Shown: positions 8,903-17,323, numbered from the stretch's first letter. The stretch: 64,000 nt of DNA from an uncultured Verrucomicrobiae bacterium (GCA_963719075.1 CAVRAN010000001.1:320324-384323); one strand, 5' to 3'. Numbers and translations are program-made. The notes: generated by a model from the sequence alone, not told the origin.

Positions 8903-10263
8903 ACCTGCCAAACTATTTTCTCGCCGATTTGCCGTCGGAAGCAACTTTGTCGCCCTCAATGATCACAGAGGCATGCCGGACATTGAAGTGCAACCGTGAG
9001 CGTTATATCGCCGCGCGTTCGACCGAAAATCTGATCCAGGTGTTTTGCGACGTCGCGACGAGTTGGCGGCAGGAGGACAATTCATTTCGTAAATTTACGC
9101 TGGAGCTTGGCCCGGAGAAAACCGGATTTTCACGCGCGACGCTGGCAAAAGGGCTGGACAATTTTTTCTGCCGGTTCACGCCGGAAAATTTTCACGCATT
9201 GCTCGAACAGGAATTTGGCCACGCGCGGCGGCCTGACAAATTGGTCGCAACGCGCGCGGAAGAAAAATCAAATCGCGCCGCGATTGTCCACGGCCCAGAA
9301 TTTTTGGTTCACATCGCGGCGGGCAACCTTCCCAATCCGACTTTGACCGGCATTGTCTTCGGTTTGCTCACGCATTCGGCGCAATTTGTGAAATGCGCCA
9401 GCGGCAGTTCGTTTTTGCCGCGCTTGTTCGCGCACTCAATTTATGATGCCGATCCGAAACTCGGCGCGTGCCTGGAAATCGCCGAGTGGCGCGGTGGAAA
9501 TCTGGAATTGGAAAATCCGCTTTTTGACGAAGCCGATTGCGTGACCGCAACGGGCAGCGACGAAACACTCAATGAAATTCGCAAACGACTTCCGTTGAAG
9601 ACTCGTTTTGTCGGTTATGGCCATCGCGTTAGTTTTGGATTTGTGACTGGTGAAGTTTTGTCCGGTTCGCGCGCAAAAAAAATTATTGCGGCGGTGGCGG
9701 ACGACGTGGTTGCGTGGAATCAACTCGGCTGTCTTTCGCCGCACGTTATTTACGTTCAGCTCGGCGGCGAAATTTCACCGGAACATTTCGGACAACTGCT
9801 TGCAGAAGAATTGGAAAAGCGCGAGGCCAGCGAGCCGCGTGGCGAATTGCCAGCGGAACACGCGGCGACAATTGCATCGCGCCGGGCGATTTACGAGATC
9901 CGCGCAGCGCATTCGCCTGAAAGCACGCAACATTGGTGCAGCCAGAATTCGACAGCGTGGACGGTGATTTTCGAGTCTGACGCGCGATTCCAACTGTCGT
10001 GTTTGAACCGGTTTATTTACGTCAAACCGGTTGCGGATTTGACGGCGGCGTTGCAAGGCGCGGACAGCGTGCGTGGAAAAGTCTCGACGGTCGGAATTGC
10101 CGCGCCGGAAGAAAAAATTTCCGAACTCGCGTTACAATTGGCACGTTGGGGCGCGACACGGATTTGTCCGCTCGGCCAGATGCAAAATCCGCCGCTGACG
10201 TGGCGGCACGATGGTCGGCCTGCGCTCGAAGATTTGGTTACTTGGACTGATTTGGAATTATGA
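8899..10263 (+). CDS. LuxC-like acyl-CoA reductase (aldehyde dehydrogenase superfamily)
   Basis: 454 aa with HIAAGNLPNPTLTGIVFGLL...VKCASGSS...WNQLGCLSPHVIYV. There is a 4-nt start/stop overlap with the upstream LuxE-like gene. Confidence 0.7.
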   Translation: MNLPNYFLADLPSEATLSPSMITEACRTLKCNRERYIAARSTENLIQVFCDVATSWRQEDNSFRKFTLELGPEKTGFSRATLAKGLDNFFCRFTPENFHALLEQEFGHARRPDKLVATRAEEKSNRAAIVHGPEFLVHIAAGNLPNPTLTGIVFGLLTHSAQFVKCASGSSFLPRLFAHSIYDADPKLGACLEIAEWRGGNLELENPLFDEADCVTATGSDETLNEIRKRLPLKTRFVGYGHRVSFGFVTGEVLSGSRAKKIIAAVADDVVAWNQLGCLSPHVIYVQLGGEISPEHFGQLLAEELEKREASEPRGELPAEHAATIASRRAIYEIRAAHSPESTQHWCSQNSTAWTVIFESDARFQLSCLNRFIYVKPVADLTAALQGADSVRGKVSTVGIAAPEEKISELALQLARWGATRICPLGQMQNPPLTWRHDGRPALEDLVTWTDLEL

Positions 10264-10622
10264 AAATGGAATTACGAAAATCGTTTCAATTTGAGGCGGC
10301 GCATTTGTTGCCGCGTTTGCCAAAGTCGCACAAATGCCGTCGGTTGCACGGCCACAGTTTCAAGGTGGAAATTGCCGTGGCGGGCGAGTGCGATCCAAAA
10401 CTTGGCTGGCTGATGGATTACGCGGACATCTCAGCGGCATTCAAGCCGGTTTGGGAAAAGCTGGATCATAATTACTTGAACGAAATTTCCGGCCTTGAAA
10501 ATCCGACGAGCGAAAACGTCGCCGTTTGGATTTGGAAAAAAATGAAACCGAAATTGCCGTCGCTCACGGAAGTCGTCGTGGCGGAAACCTGCACGGCGCG
10601 GGCGGTTTATCGCGGCGAATAA
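10260..10622 (+). CDS. queD: 6-carboxy-5,6,7,8-tetrahydropterin synthase
   Basis: FQFEAAHLLP...HKCRRLHGHSFKVEIAV...GWLMDYADI, the QueD/PTPS Zn-binding and catalytic motifs. Its ATGA overlaps the upstream stop. Confidence 0.9.
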   Translation: MKMELRKSFQFEAAHLLPRLPKSHKCRRLHGHSFKVEIAVAGECDPKLGWLMDYADISAAFKPVWEKLDHNYLNEISGLENPTSENVAVWIWKKMKPKLPSLTEVVVAETCTARAVYRGE

Positions 10623-11554
10623 ACCATGTTCGCGCCGGTGAGCGGGTCTTGCGGAATGGCTTGGAGATAATCCGGCACCAAATCGGCGAGGCTCGCGGGC
10701 GGTTTGCCTTTGTCCAATTCGTAAGCGCGGGCGGCGAGGTCAACCATCAGTTGGCGCGTTCTGATTTGTTGCTGCTTGAATTTTCGTTCGGCTGCGGCTT
10801 GAACGGCTCGCAAGGATTTGTGTTCGATCAATCTAACATATTCATATTTCATTCCCGGAAAATTTCTGCGCGACCAATTATTTTCCTGTTGCATGACCTC
10901 GTCCCACGTTTGTCTTTGCGCGTCGAGAGTTTCCAAAGTCGCGGCGGTTTCGCGGCAGGATTTTGCGCCAAGTCGGTCAACAAGATTTGTCAAACTGCTT
11001 CTTCCGATTGCTTCGATTGCGATGCCGACCAATTCGTCAATCAATACTCCGCCACGCGCCGATTCATTGCCAAAGTGAATAGTATCTATATAAGATTTCG
11101 GGGCATCGTTCGGGCGATTTTCCATTTCCGCCAATTTTCCTTCGGCAGTGAAAGCTTGCGCCAATCTTTTGAGCCCAGCCAAATCGTTGAGATGATTGCT
11201 CATGTAAGTTTTCGAAAATTGAATTGGGACACGACATTCATTACTCAAGCCGGAGCGAACGAGAGATAACGCTCCGGCATTTACTGAAGCAGCCGCGCGC
11301 AATTCATCCTGATTTATTTCGTCATAGTCGGGAATTTCAGTTGGAAGCATTTGCACGGCTTTCACAAAATCATCATATCCGTTCGGGTTGGGCAGCGGCG
11401 CGATGGGTGGCAGCGGTTCCGTCTGCATGAAAAACAGGAATCCGAGAAACAGGACGAATGGGAACGCCAGAATGCCAATCACGACGAGCCGGTTGCGGTT
11501 TTGGATGGTCATGCTGGCGGCAGGGTTGGCAAAAAATCTAGTGGCGTCAATCAT
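10607..11554 (-). CDS. membrane-anchored hypothetical protein with GspG-like C-terminal motif
   Basis: N-terminal TM (LVVIGILAFPFVLFLGFLFF). The C-terminus ARAYELDKGKPPASLADLVPDYLQAIPQDPLTGANMVY resembles the pseudopilin GspG C-terminal pattern and the C-terminus of the 56409-58295 protein. Confidence 0.6.
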   Translation of the reverse strand: MIDATRFFANPAASMTIQNRNRLVVIGILAFPFVLFLGFLFFMQTEPLPPIAPLPNPNGYDDFVKAVQMLPTEIPDYDEINQDELRAAASVNAGALSLVRSGLSNECRVPIQFSKTYMSNHLNDLAGLKRLAQAFTAEGKLAEMENRPNDAPKSYIDTIHFGNESARGGVLIDELVGIAIEAIGRSSLTNLVDRLGAKSCRETAATLETLDAQRQTWDEVMQQENNWSRRNFPGMKYEYVRLIEHKSLRAVQAAAERKFKQQQIRTRQLMVDLAARAYELDKGKPPASLADLVPDYLQAIPQDPLTGANMVYSPR

Positions 11555-11610
11555 TCTGGTATTGCGTGACGCGGCAAATTTCTTTAACCAATCCCGTCTT
11601 TAAGCAACAT

Positions 11611-12435
11611 ATGAAAGATCAAACAACCAACATCGCGGCCTGGAAGGACAAGCTCATCGAATACGTCATCAACCATGGTCCGGCGCTCGTCTCGGCATTT
11701 ATTGTCATTTTCGTCGGACTGATTGCCGCGCGCTGGCTTGGCAAGCTGGTGGATCGCTGGCTGGAACACAAGGCGATGGAGGCGCCAATGCGAACACTGC
11801 TCGTGCGCGTTGTCCGGCTGCTGATTTTTACGCTGGCGCTGGTCGTGGCGCTCGGCACGGCGGGCATGGACGTGACGGCATTGATCGCCGGCGTCAGCGT
11901 CGCGGGCGTGGGCGTGGGGCTGGCGTTGCAAGGCGTGCTGGGCAATCTGGTCGCCGGATTGACAATCATTTTCACCAAGCCGTTTCGCGTCGGCGAATAC
12001 ATTGAAATTGCCAGCGTGAGCGGACAGGTGAAACACATCGAATTATTTTCCACGATGCTGTTGCACGCGGACTCATCGCGCGTCATGGTTCCCAACCGGA
12101 AAATCGTCGGCGAAATTCTGCACAACTACGGCCAGATCCGGCAGCTTGATTTGGGCGTGGGCGTCGGTTACGGAACGGACATTGACGTTGCGCTGAAAGT
12201 CATCCGCCAAATTCTGACGGCAAATCCGCGCGTGCTCAACGAGCCGGTCTCTCTCGTCGGCATTGTCAATTTGGGTGATTCGTCAATTCAGCTTTCCATC
12301 AAGCCGTGGGTTAAGGTGAATGATTTTATTCCCGCACAACTGGAAATTTACGAAGCCATCTTGAATCAATTCCGCGCGAACAAAATTGAGATTCCGTTTC
12401 CCCAGCGCGAAGTTCGGCTGCTCAATCAAAATTAG
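11611..12435 (+). CDS. mechanosensitive ion channel (MscS family)
   Basis: TM helices followed by GNLVAGLTIIFTKPFRVGEYIEI...G.V..I....T, typical of the MscS pore and beta domain. ATG at 11611; the ORF track GTG at 11566 is an alternative start. Confidence 0.85.
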   Translation: MKDQTTNIAAWKDKLIEYVINHGPALVSAFIVIFVGLIAARWLGKLVDRWLEHKAMEAPMRTLLVRVVRLLIFTLALVVALGTAGMDVTALIAGVSVAGVGVGLALQGVLGNLVAGLTIIFTKPFRVGEYIEIASVSGQVKHIELFSTMLLHADSSRVMVPNRKIVGEILHNYGQIRQLDLGVGVGYGTDIDVALKVIRQILTANPRVLNEPVSLVGIVNLGDSSIQLSIKPWVKVNDFIPAQLEIYEAILNQFRANKIEIPFPQREVRLLNQN

Positions 12436-13584
12436 TCACGCGACCGCTTGCGTTTTAGCGTAATTCGTTTCGCCGTGGATTTTTGCCAGCGCTTTGGCCA
12501 GCGCGTCCCAATCAGATTCCGTCGTTTCCCAACCGCTGCTGAAACGCAGCACGCGATGCGCTTCCGCCGGCTTAAAATGCATCGCCGCGAGGACGTGCGA
12601 CGGCTCTTCTTTGCCAGTCGTGCAAGCCGAGCCGGTTGAAACGGCGAAGCCCGTCTTGTCCAATTTTGAAAGCCAGCGCGATTGCACGCCGTCGGGCATC
12701 AGCGCGGAAACCGTGTTCCACAAGCGCGGCGACTTCGCGCCCACAATGGTTGCGCCTGGCAATTCCCGCAAAAGCTGCTTCTCAAAATTCTCGCGCCACA
12801 CGCCGCGCAAAATGTGCTGGCCGTTCGCGATCTGTTTTTCGCGGACTTCCAACGCCGCGAGCAATGCCAAAATCGTGGCGACATTTTCCGTTCCGGCGCG
12901 GATGCCTTGCTCCTGCTTGCCGCCGAGAAGCAACGGCGTGATTTTGGCTTTGTGCGGAATTTTCAAAAAGCCGATGCCGCGCGGCCCGCCAAATTTATGC
13001 CCCGCGCCGCTGACAAAATCGCATTGCCCCAAATCCTTCGCCGGCATTTTGCCGAGCCATTGCACCGCGTCGGTGAAAAATGGAACTTCGTAGCTCTGAC
13101 AAATCGAAAGAATTTCACGCCACGGCTGGATGACGCCGGTCTCGTTGTTCGCGGCCATCACGGCGACGAGTCCGGGACGCGTGTCAGCCAGTTCCACCGT
13201 GAGCCAGTCCAAATCAATCACACCGTCGTGCGTGACAGGAATGGTTTTCGCGCGCTTGCCAAAATGATGTTTCGACGATTCATCAACGCACGGATGCTCG
13301 ATGGCTGAAACCCAAACCTCGCTTTTCGCATCCAGCGTCCGCGCGAAATGGTGCATGACCGTGTTGTTCGCCTCCGTCGCGCCGCTCGTCCAGACGATGT
13401 CGTCGGCGCGGCAGCCGAGAAAGCGCGCGAGTTTTTCGCGCGCATCGCGGAGCGCATTGCTGGCGCACAGGCCGAACTGGTGCGGACTAGACGGATTGCC
13501 AGAAATATTTTCCGTCGCGTCCAGCCAGGCGTCGCGGGCTTCGCGCATCACCGGCGCGGTGGCATTATGGTCGAAATAAATCAT
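12436..13584 (-). CDS. cysteine desulfurase (class V aminotransferase, NifS/IscS-like)
   Basis: MIYFDHNATAPV...SGATEANN...SGAGHKFGGPRGIGFL (PLP lysine)...STGSAC. The ATG at 13584 overlaps the mutY stop (ATGA). Confidence 0.9.
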   Translation of the reverse strand: MIYFDHNATAPVMREARDAWLDATENISGNPSSPHQFGLCASNALRDAREKLARFLGCRADDIVWTSGATEANNTVMHHFARTLDAKSEVWVSAIEHPCVDESSKHHFGKRAKTIPVTHDGVIDLDWLTVELADTRPGLVAVMAANNETGVIQPWREILSICQSYEVPFFTDAVQWLGKMPAKDLGQCDFVSGAGHKFGGPRGIGFLKIPHKAKITPLLLGGKQEQGIRAGTENVATILALLAALEVREKQIANGQHILRGVWRENFEKQLLRELPGATIVGAKSPRLWNTVSALMPDGVQSRWLSKLDKTGFAVSTGSACTTGKEEPSHVLAAMHFKPAEAHRVLRFSSGWETTESDWDALAKALAKIHGETNYAKTQAVA

Positions 13585-14789
13585 CGGTCGGACAAGATAC
13601 AATTCTTCGTAAAACTGGCGAGTTTTTTGTGCGCAGCCGTGAAGGCAAGCGAATCAAATCGGGCGCGCGGCAACCAGATTCCGTCCAATGTTTTCAGGCG
13701 TTTTGGCAATTGAACTCGAAATGCTTCCAACGTGATTCGATAGCGCGTGATGGAATGTTTGATGGTGCAAAGCGGCTGAAATTTCGCTGCCTTGAAATCG
13801 AAAGTTGAATTGAAAATTTCCTGCGCGTCCTTTTTTTCGCCATTAATTTCAACATTCGGAAATTCCCACAAATGCGCGTTCACAATTCCAATCGGCCGCT
13901 GCTGGACGAGAAATTTTCCATCGCGCTCAATGACGAAGGCAAAAAATGTTCGCGCTGTCGCTGCTTCACGCTTGCCAAGGTTTGGCAATTCCTCCGTGCG
14001 GTTTTCCTTAAACGCGACGCAAAGTTTTTTCACCGGACAAGTTAGGCACTGCGGATTGCGCGGCGTGCAGACCAGCGCGCCGAGTTCCATCAGCGATTGG
14101 TTGAGAAACGAACAGGAATTATCCTCACGCAAAGATGCAAAGGCGCGAAGTTGGGAAATATTTTCTTTGCGGCTTGGCGTCTTTGCGTGGGTCACCAATT
14201 CTTCCGCAATTTGCCACAGCCGCGCGTTCGTTTCCTTTTCCTTCGGATTTTCCGCGATGCCAAAAATTCGGGTCAGCACGCGGATCACATTGCCGTCCAA
14301 AATCGGCGTGGGCTGGTTGAAGGCGATGCTGCAAATCGCGCCGGCGGTGTATCGGCCGATGCCCGGCAACGCCAAAACCTCGTCGAAGTTTTCTGGAAAT
14401 TTGTAGGAGACGACGTGAAGAGTCTCTAATTTTTTTCCAGTTTGAGACTCGTCACATCGTCTCCTACGAGATGTTTGTTGCGCCACGATTTGTTGCGCGG
14501 CTTTTTGCAGATTGCGGACGCGCGTGTAATAGCCGAGACCTTCCCACAGCTTGTGGATTTTTTCCGAAGGCGCTTTCGCGGCGGCTTCAATCGTCGGCAG
14601 TTCGCGCAGCCAGCGGTTCCAAAAGGGAATCACCGTTTTCACCTGCGTCTGTTGCAGCATGATTTCGGAAACCCAGATGGCGTAAGGATCGCGCGTGCGC
14701 CGCCACGGCAGGTCGCGGGCGTTCGCGGCGAACCAGTCCAGCAACGCGGCGACGAGTTTTGAATTTTTAGTTTTAAGTTTTGAGTTCAA
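13581..14789 (-). CDS. mutY: A/G-specific adenine DNA glycosylase
   Basis: LLDWFAANARDLPWRRTRDPYAIWVSEIMLQQTQV, LPGIGRYTAGAI, a 4Fe-4S cysteine cluster (C..C..C..C) and a NUDIX-like C-terminus. The start is uncertain: TTG at 14789 lies inside a repeat, and TTG at 14744 is an alternative. It carries two in-frame palindromic inserts. Confidence 0.9.
   Translation of the reverse strand: MNSKLKTKNSKLVAALLDWFAANARDLPWRRTRDPYAIWVSEIMLQQTQVKTVIPFWNRWLRELPTIEAAAKAPSEKIHKLWEGLGYYTRVRNLQKAAQQIVAQQTSRRRRCDESQTGKKLETLHVVSYKFPENFDEVLALPGIGRYTAGAICSIAFNQPTPILDGNVIRVLTRIFGIAENPKEKETNARLWQIAEELVTHAKTPSRKENISQLRAFASLREDNSCSFLNQSLMELGALVCTPRNPQCLTCPVKKLCVAFKENRTEELPNLGKREAATARTFFAFVIERDGKFLVQQRPIGIVNAHLWEFPNVEINGEKKDAQEIFNSTFDFKAAKFQPLCTIKHSITRYRITLEAFRVQLPKRLKTLDGIWLPRARFDSLAFTAAHKKLASFTKNCILSDR
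14126..14189. repeat. 64-bp imperfect palindrome (CTTTGCG-family) inside mutY
   Basis: Left arm CACGCAAAGATGCAAAGGCGCGAAG, a 14-nt loop, right arm CTTTGCGGCTTGGCGTCTTTGCGTG. About 20 of 25 arm positions are complementary. Confidence 0.8.
14403..14467. repeat. 65-bp imperfect palindrome inside mutY
   Basis: Arms GTAGGAGACGACGTGAAGAGTCTC and GAGACTCGTCACATCGTCTCCTAC (22 of 24 complementary) flank a 17-nt T-rich loop. Confidence 0.85.
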
Positions 14790-14795
14790 AAATTT
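14756..14795. repeat. AT-rich TTTTGAATTTT-type short repeat at the mutY 5' end
   Basis: GTTTTGAATTTTTAGTTTTAAGTTTTGAGTTCAAAAATTT. Related copies lie at 8175-8205, 8637-8672 and 55296-55350. Confidence 0.6.
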
Positions 14796-14829
14796 GCCAA
14801 ACCGCGAAATACATGAAATACGCGAAAAG

Positions 14830-14873
14830 AAAATGACGAAAAATCGGAGGGCGTCGCAGAACTCCGCCCTCCG
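14830..14873 (-). terminator. Rho-independent terminator downstream of the DUF1398 gene
   Basis: 9-bp stem CGGAGGGCG / CGCCCTCCG with an 11-nt loop. On the minus strand it is followed by ATTTTTCGTCATTTTCTTTT. Confidence 0.7.
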
Positions 14874-14882
14874 AAGAATTGT

Positions 14883-15689
14883 TCAATCCTTTTTATACTC
14901 GCCGTCGGGAATCAATTCGACGTGCATTTTGTGACCAGATTTGTCGAAGTAGTTGCACGTCATCGCGATTAAGTCGGATGTCCATTTTTCTACGCCAGCT
15001 TCGCCCGCCTGACCGCACAACGTCGGATAATTCGTCTGTCCGCTTTGGTGCATGGAAATATATTTCTTCAACAATTCCAGATTCGGTTGAGGACTGACTT
15101 GAACCGACGGTCCCATATTGCTTAAAGAAACGGATTGTCCGTTTTTGCCGTGAAAAATGTTCGAGCCGGTTTCGAGCAGATGATCATACGAAACAATGCC
15201 AAGCGTTTTCAGGTCGCGGATCAATCGCGGAAAATCCGCGCCCGTTTTTGTTTTAGCGTAGGCGGCGCGAATGTCTTGTTCCGTGAACTGCGCGGGTTGC
15301 GCGTTCGGAAACCATTCGATGTGCTGGTCGCCTTGGCGTCCAAAATAAGTCACGCGTTTGCCGCGCAGAAAGGCAAAATATCCCTGCACGCCTGCTTCCA
15401 TCGCGCGGCGCGTGAAGTCGCGATATGGTTGATTATTCCGCTGGCTGTCCAGAATGTCGGCGCGAACTGCCGCCGTGTCGAAATCAGCAGCTACTGGCGG
15501 CAATCCTTCGTAATTGATTGGCGTGACGACTGCGTCAGCCTCGGCGCTGTAAAAGGTCTTTTTCATGCCGACGTAATCCACATGATAATATTCCACGCCC
15601 GCCGTCAGCAATTGGCCGACGACTTCAGGAAATGACATTGTGCCATCGAGAGTTTTGCGGGCTACTTCTGTAATGATTTTTGTGTTCAT
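14883..15689 (-). CDS. tandem DUF1398 (phage-envelope-protein-like) domain protein
   Basis: It starts at MNTKIITEVARKTLDGTMSFPEVVGQLLTAGVEYYHVDY, with a second similar module FTEQDIRAAYAKTKTGADFPRLIRDLKTLGIVSYDHLL. The longer ORF reaching 15872 would overlap marR and was rejected. Confidence 0.65.
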   Translation of the reverse strand: MNTKIITEVARKTLDGTMSFPEVVGQLLTAGVEYYHVDYVGMKKTFYSAEADAVVTPINYEGLPPVAADFDTAAVRADILDSQRNNQPYRDFTRRAMEAGVQGYFAFLRGKRVTYFGRQGDQHIEWFPNAQPAQFTEQDIRAAYAKTKTGADFPRLIRDLKTLGIVSYDHLLETGSNIFHGKNGQSVSLSNMGPSVQVSPQPNLELLKKYISMHQSGQTNYPTLCGQAGEAGVEKWTSDLIAMTCNYFDKSGHKMHVELIPDGEYKKD

Positions 15690-15714
15690 ATTTTTTGAGT
15701 TGTTGGTTTTGTAG

Positions 15715-16185
15715 TTATTCAATTCCGTAACGATCGCGTTCGGATTGCGTCCAGCCGTTGGCGTCAAGGAGTTGTTTGATTGTCCCCAAAAACTCTTTGC
15801 GTTGTTTTTGGGAAAGCGTCTTGAAAAATGATTCGTCGTTTTGGTCGGCGTGCTTCGCAAGCCGAGGCACAAGCTTTCTTGCGTCAGGCGTCAGGCTCAA
15901 ACCAAGCGAGCGGCGGTCGTTGCCTTCGTCGCGATTGACCAGTTTGCGTTGGACGAGTCGTTCAACCATGCGCGAGACGGAACTTTTGTCCAGACCGACC
16001 AATTGCGCCAGATGGTTCAGCGTGATGTTGTCGTGACTGTAAAGCGTCCGCAGCAAAACCCATTGCGGCACGCTCACATCCTCCTTCGCCAGCCGTTCGG
16101 CGAAGCTGTAAGAGACGAAATTCGACAGGCAGCGCAGCCAATAGCCGGTGTGGTCGTCAAGATTGCTTACTTTTGTTTCATTCAT
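15715..16185 (-). CDS. MarR family transcriptional regulator
   Basis: Winged-helix pattern: VSVPQWVLLRTLYSH...LAQLVGLDKSSVSRMVERLVQRKLVNRDEGNDRRS. ATG at 16185. Confidence 0.85.
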   Translation of the reverse strand: MNETKVSNLDDHTGYWLRCLSNFVSYSFAERLAKEDVSVPQWVLLRTLYSHDNITLNHLAQLVGLDKSSVSRMVERLVQRKLVNRDEGNDRRSLGLSLTPDARKLVPRLAKHADQNDESFFKTLSQKQRKEFLGTIKQLLDANGWTQSERDRYGIE

Positions 16186-16198
16186 TGCGGACACAATA

Positions 16199-16222
16199 GT
16201 TGTATATGCAACAGTTGTCAAC
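16199..16222. promoter_or_regulatory. putative MarR operator (GTTG/CAAC half-site palindromes)
   Basis: GTTGTATATGCAAC (6 of 7 palindromic pairs) is immediately followed by GTTGTCAAC, 14 nt upstream of the marR start. Confidence 0.3.
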
Positions 16223-16276
16223 ACAATTTATCAAAATTATTTAACCTTCGCGACAGGTGGAATTCACGCCGAAAAT

Positions 16277-16307
16277 TCTTTGTGTCCTTTGCGTTCCTTT
16301 GCGGTTA
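16277..16307. repeat. CTTTGCG-family half element upstream of rnhC
   Basis: TTCTTTGTGTCCTTTGCGTTCCTTTGCGGTTA resembles the right arm of the mutY palindrome at 14165-14189 and the copies at 28287-28305 and 62444-62470. Confidence 0.6.
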
Positions 16308-16318
16308 ATTTTTTCCGC

Positions 16319-17281
16319 GTGAAGCCGCTCACCATCCACACTTGCAAGCTGACCGACGAACAGGCGTCGGCGCTGCGGGCCGCGTTGTCGGCGCGCAACT
16401 GGAAGTCGCGCGACGTGCCGTATGCGCGCTTCGCGTTTGAGTCTGACACTACGAACATCGTTTTTTACGAGAGCGGCAAGCTGGTGGTGCAGGGCAAGGG
16501 CACGGCGGAATTTGTCGAGTTCGTGCTGGAGCCGGAAATTCTCAAGGAGGTCAGGCTCGGCTACGAAACCATTTTGAATCCCGAACTGCTCCTGCCGCGC
16601 ATCGGCGTGGACGAAAGCGGCAAGGGCGATTTCTTCGGGCCGCTGTCCATCGCGGGCGTTTATGTGAACGAAAAAGTCATCGTCGCGTGGAAGGATTTGG
16701 GCGTCCGCGATTCCAAAAATATTTCCAGCGACAAGAAAATTGCCGAGCTCGCCGAAAAAATCCGCACGACGCCCGGCTGCGTGACGGATTCCGTCGTCAT
16801 CGGCAACAAGCGATACAATGAAATGCACGCGCAAATGAAAAGTGTTAATGAAGTTTTGGCTTGGGGTCACGCGCGCGTGATCGAAAATCTGCTGGGCAAG
16901 CGTTATCAGATGAATCCGCCGCCGGTGAAGGCTATCAGCGACCAGTTCGCCGCAAGCAAGAGCGTGATCGAAAAGGCGTTGATGGCGCAGGGCAAGGGAT
17001 TGCAGCTCGTGCAACGGCACAAGGCGGAAGAAGATATCGCCGTGGCGGCGGCCTCGATCCTGGCGCGCGACGAATTTGTGAAAGGCCTGGCGAAACTGGA
17101 AAAACAATTTGAAATGAAACTGCCGAAGGGCGCGTCTGCGGCGGTGGATGCGGCGGCGAAAAAATTTGTGGAAGAGCACGGCGCGGGCGAACTGGCTAAA
17201 ATTTCCAAGCTGCATTTCCGCACGGCGCTGCGCGCGCAAGGTTTGCCGGAACCGCCGAAGACGGAGTGGCAGAAGCGATGA
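16319..17281 (+). CDS. rnhC: ribonuclease HIII
   Basis: N-terminal substrate-binding domain (FAFESDTTNIVFYESGKLVVQGKG) followed by RIGVDESGKGDFFGPLSIAGVYV, the catalytic DESGKG motif. An in-frame GTG at 16319 is more plausible than the ORF track start at 16148, which overlaps marR. Confidence 0.85.
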   Translation: MKPLTIHTCKLTDEQASALRAALSARNWKSRDVPYARFAFESDTTNIVFYESGKLVVQGKGTAEFVEFVLEPEILKEVRLGYETILNPELLLPRIGVDESGKGDFFGPLSIAGVYVNEKVIVAWKDLGVRDSKNISSDKKIAELAEKIRTTPGCVTDSVVIGNKRYNEMHAQMKSVNEVLAWGHARVIENLLGKRYQMNPPPVKAISDQFAASKSVIEKALMAQGKGLQLVQRHKAEEDIAVAAASILARDEFVKGLAKLEKQFEMKLPKGASAAVDAAAKKFVEEHGAGELAKISKLHFRTALRAQGLPEPPKTEWQKR

Positions 17282-17323
17282 TTGGCCACTTGCCAAAAAC
17301 AGATTTTGCCGGATAATAAAACC

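Noticed and set aside
14883-15872. Full 329-aa version of the DUF1398 ORF.
   Set aside because: The N-terminal 61 codons overlap the 3' end of marR and look non-genic. The ATG at 15689 begins the first DUF1398 module.
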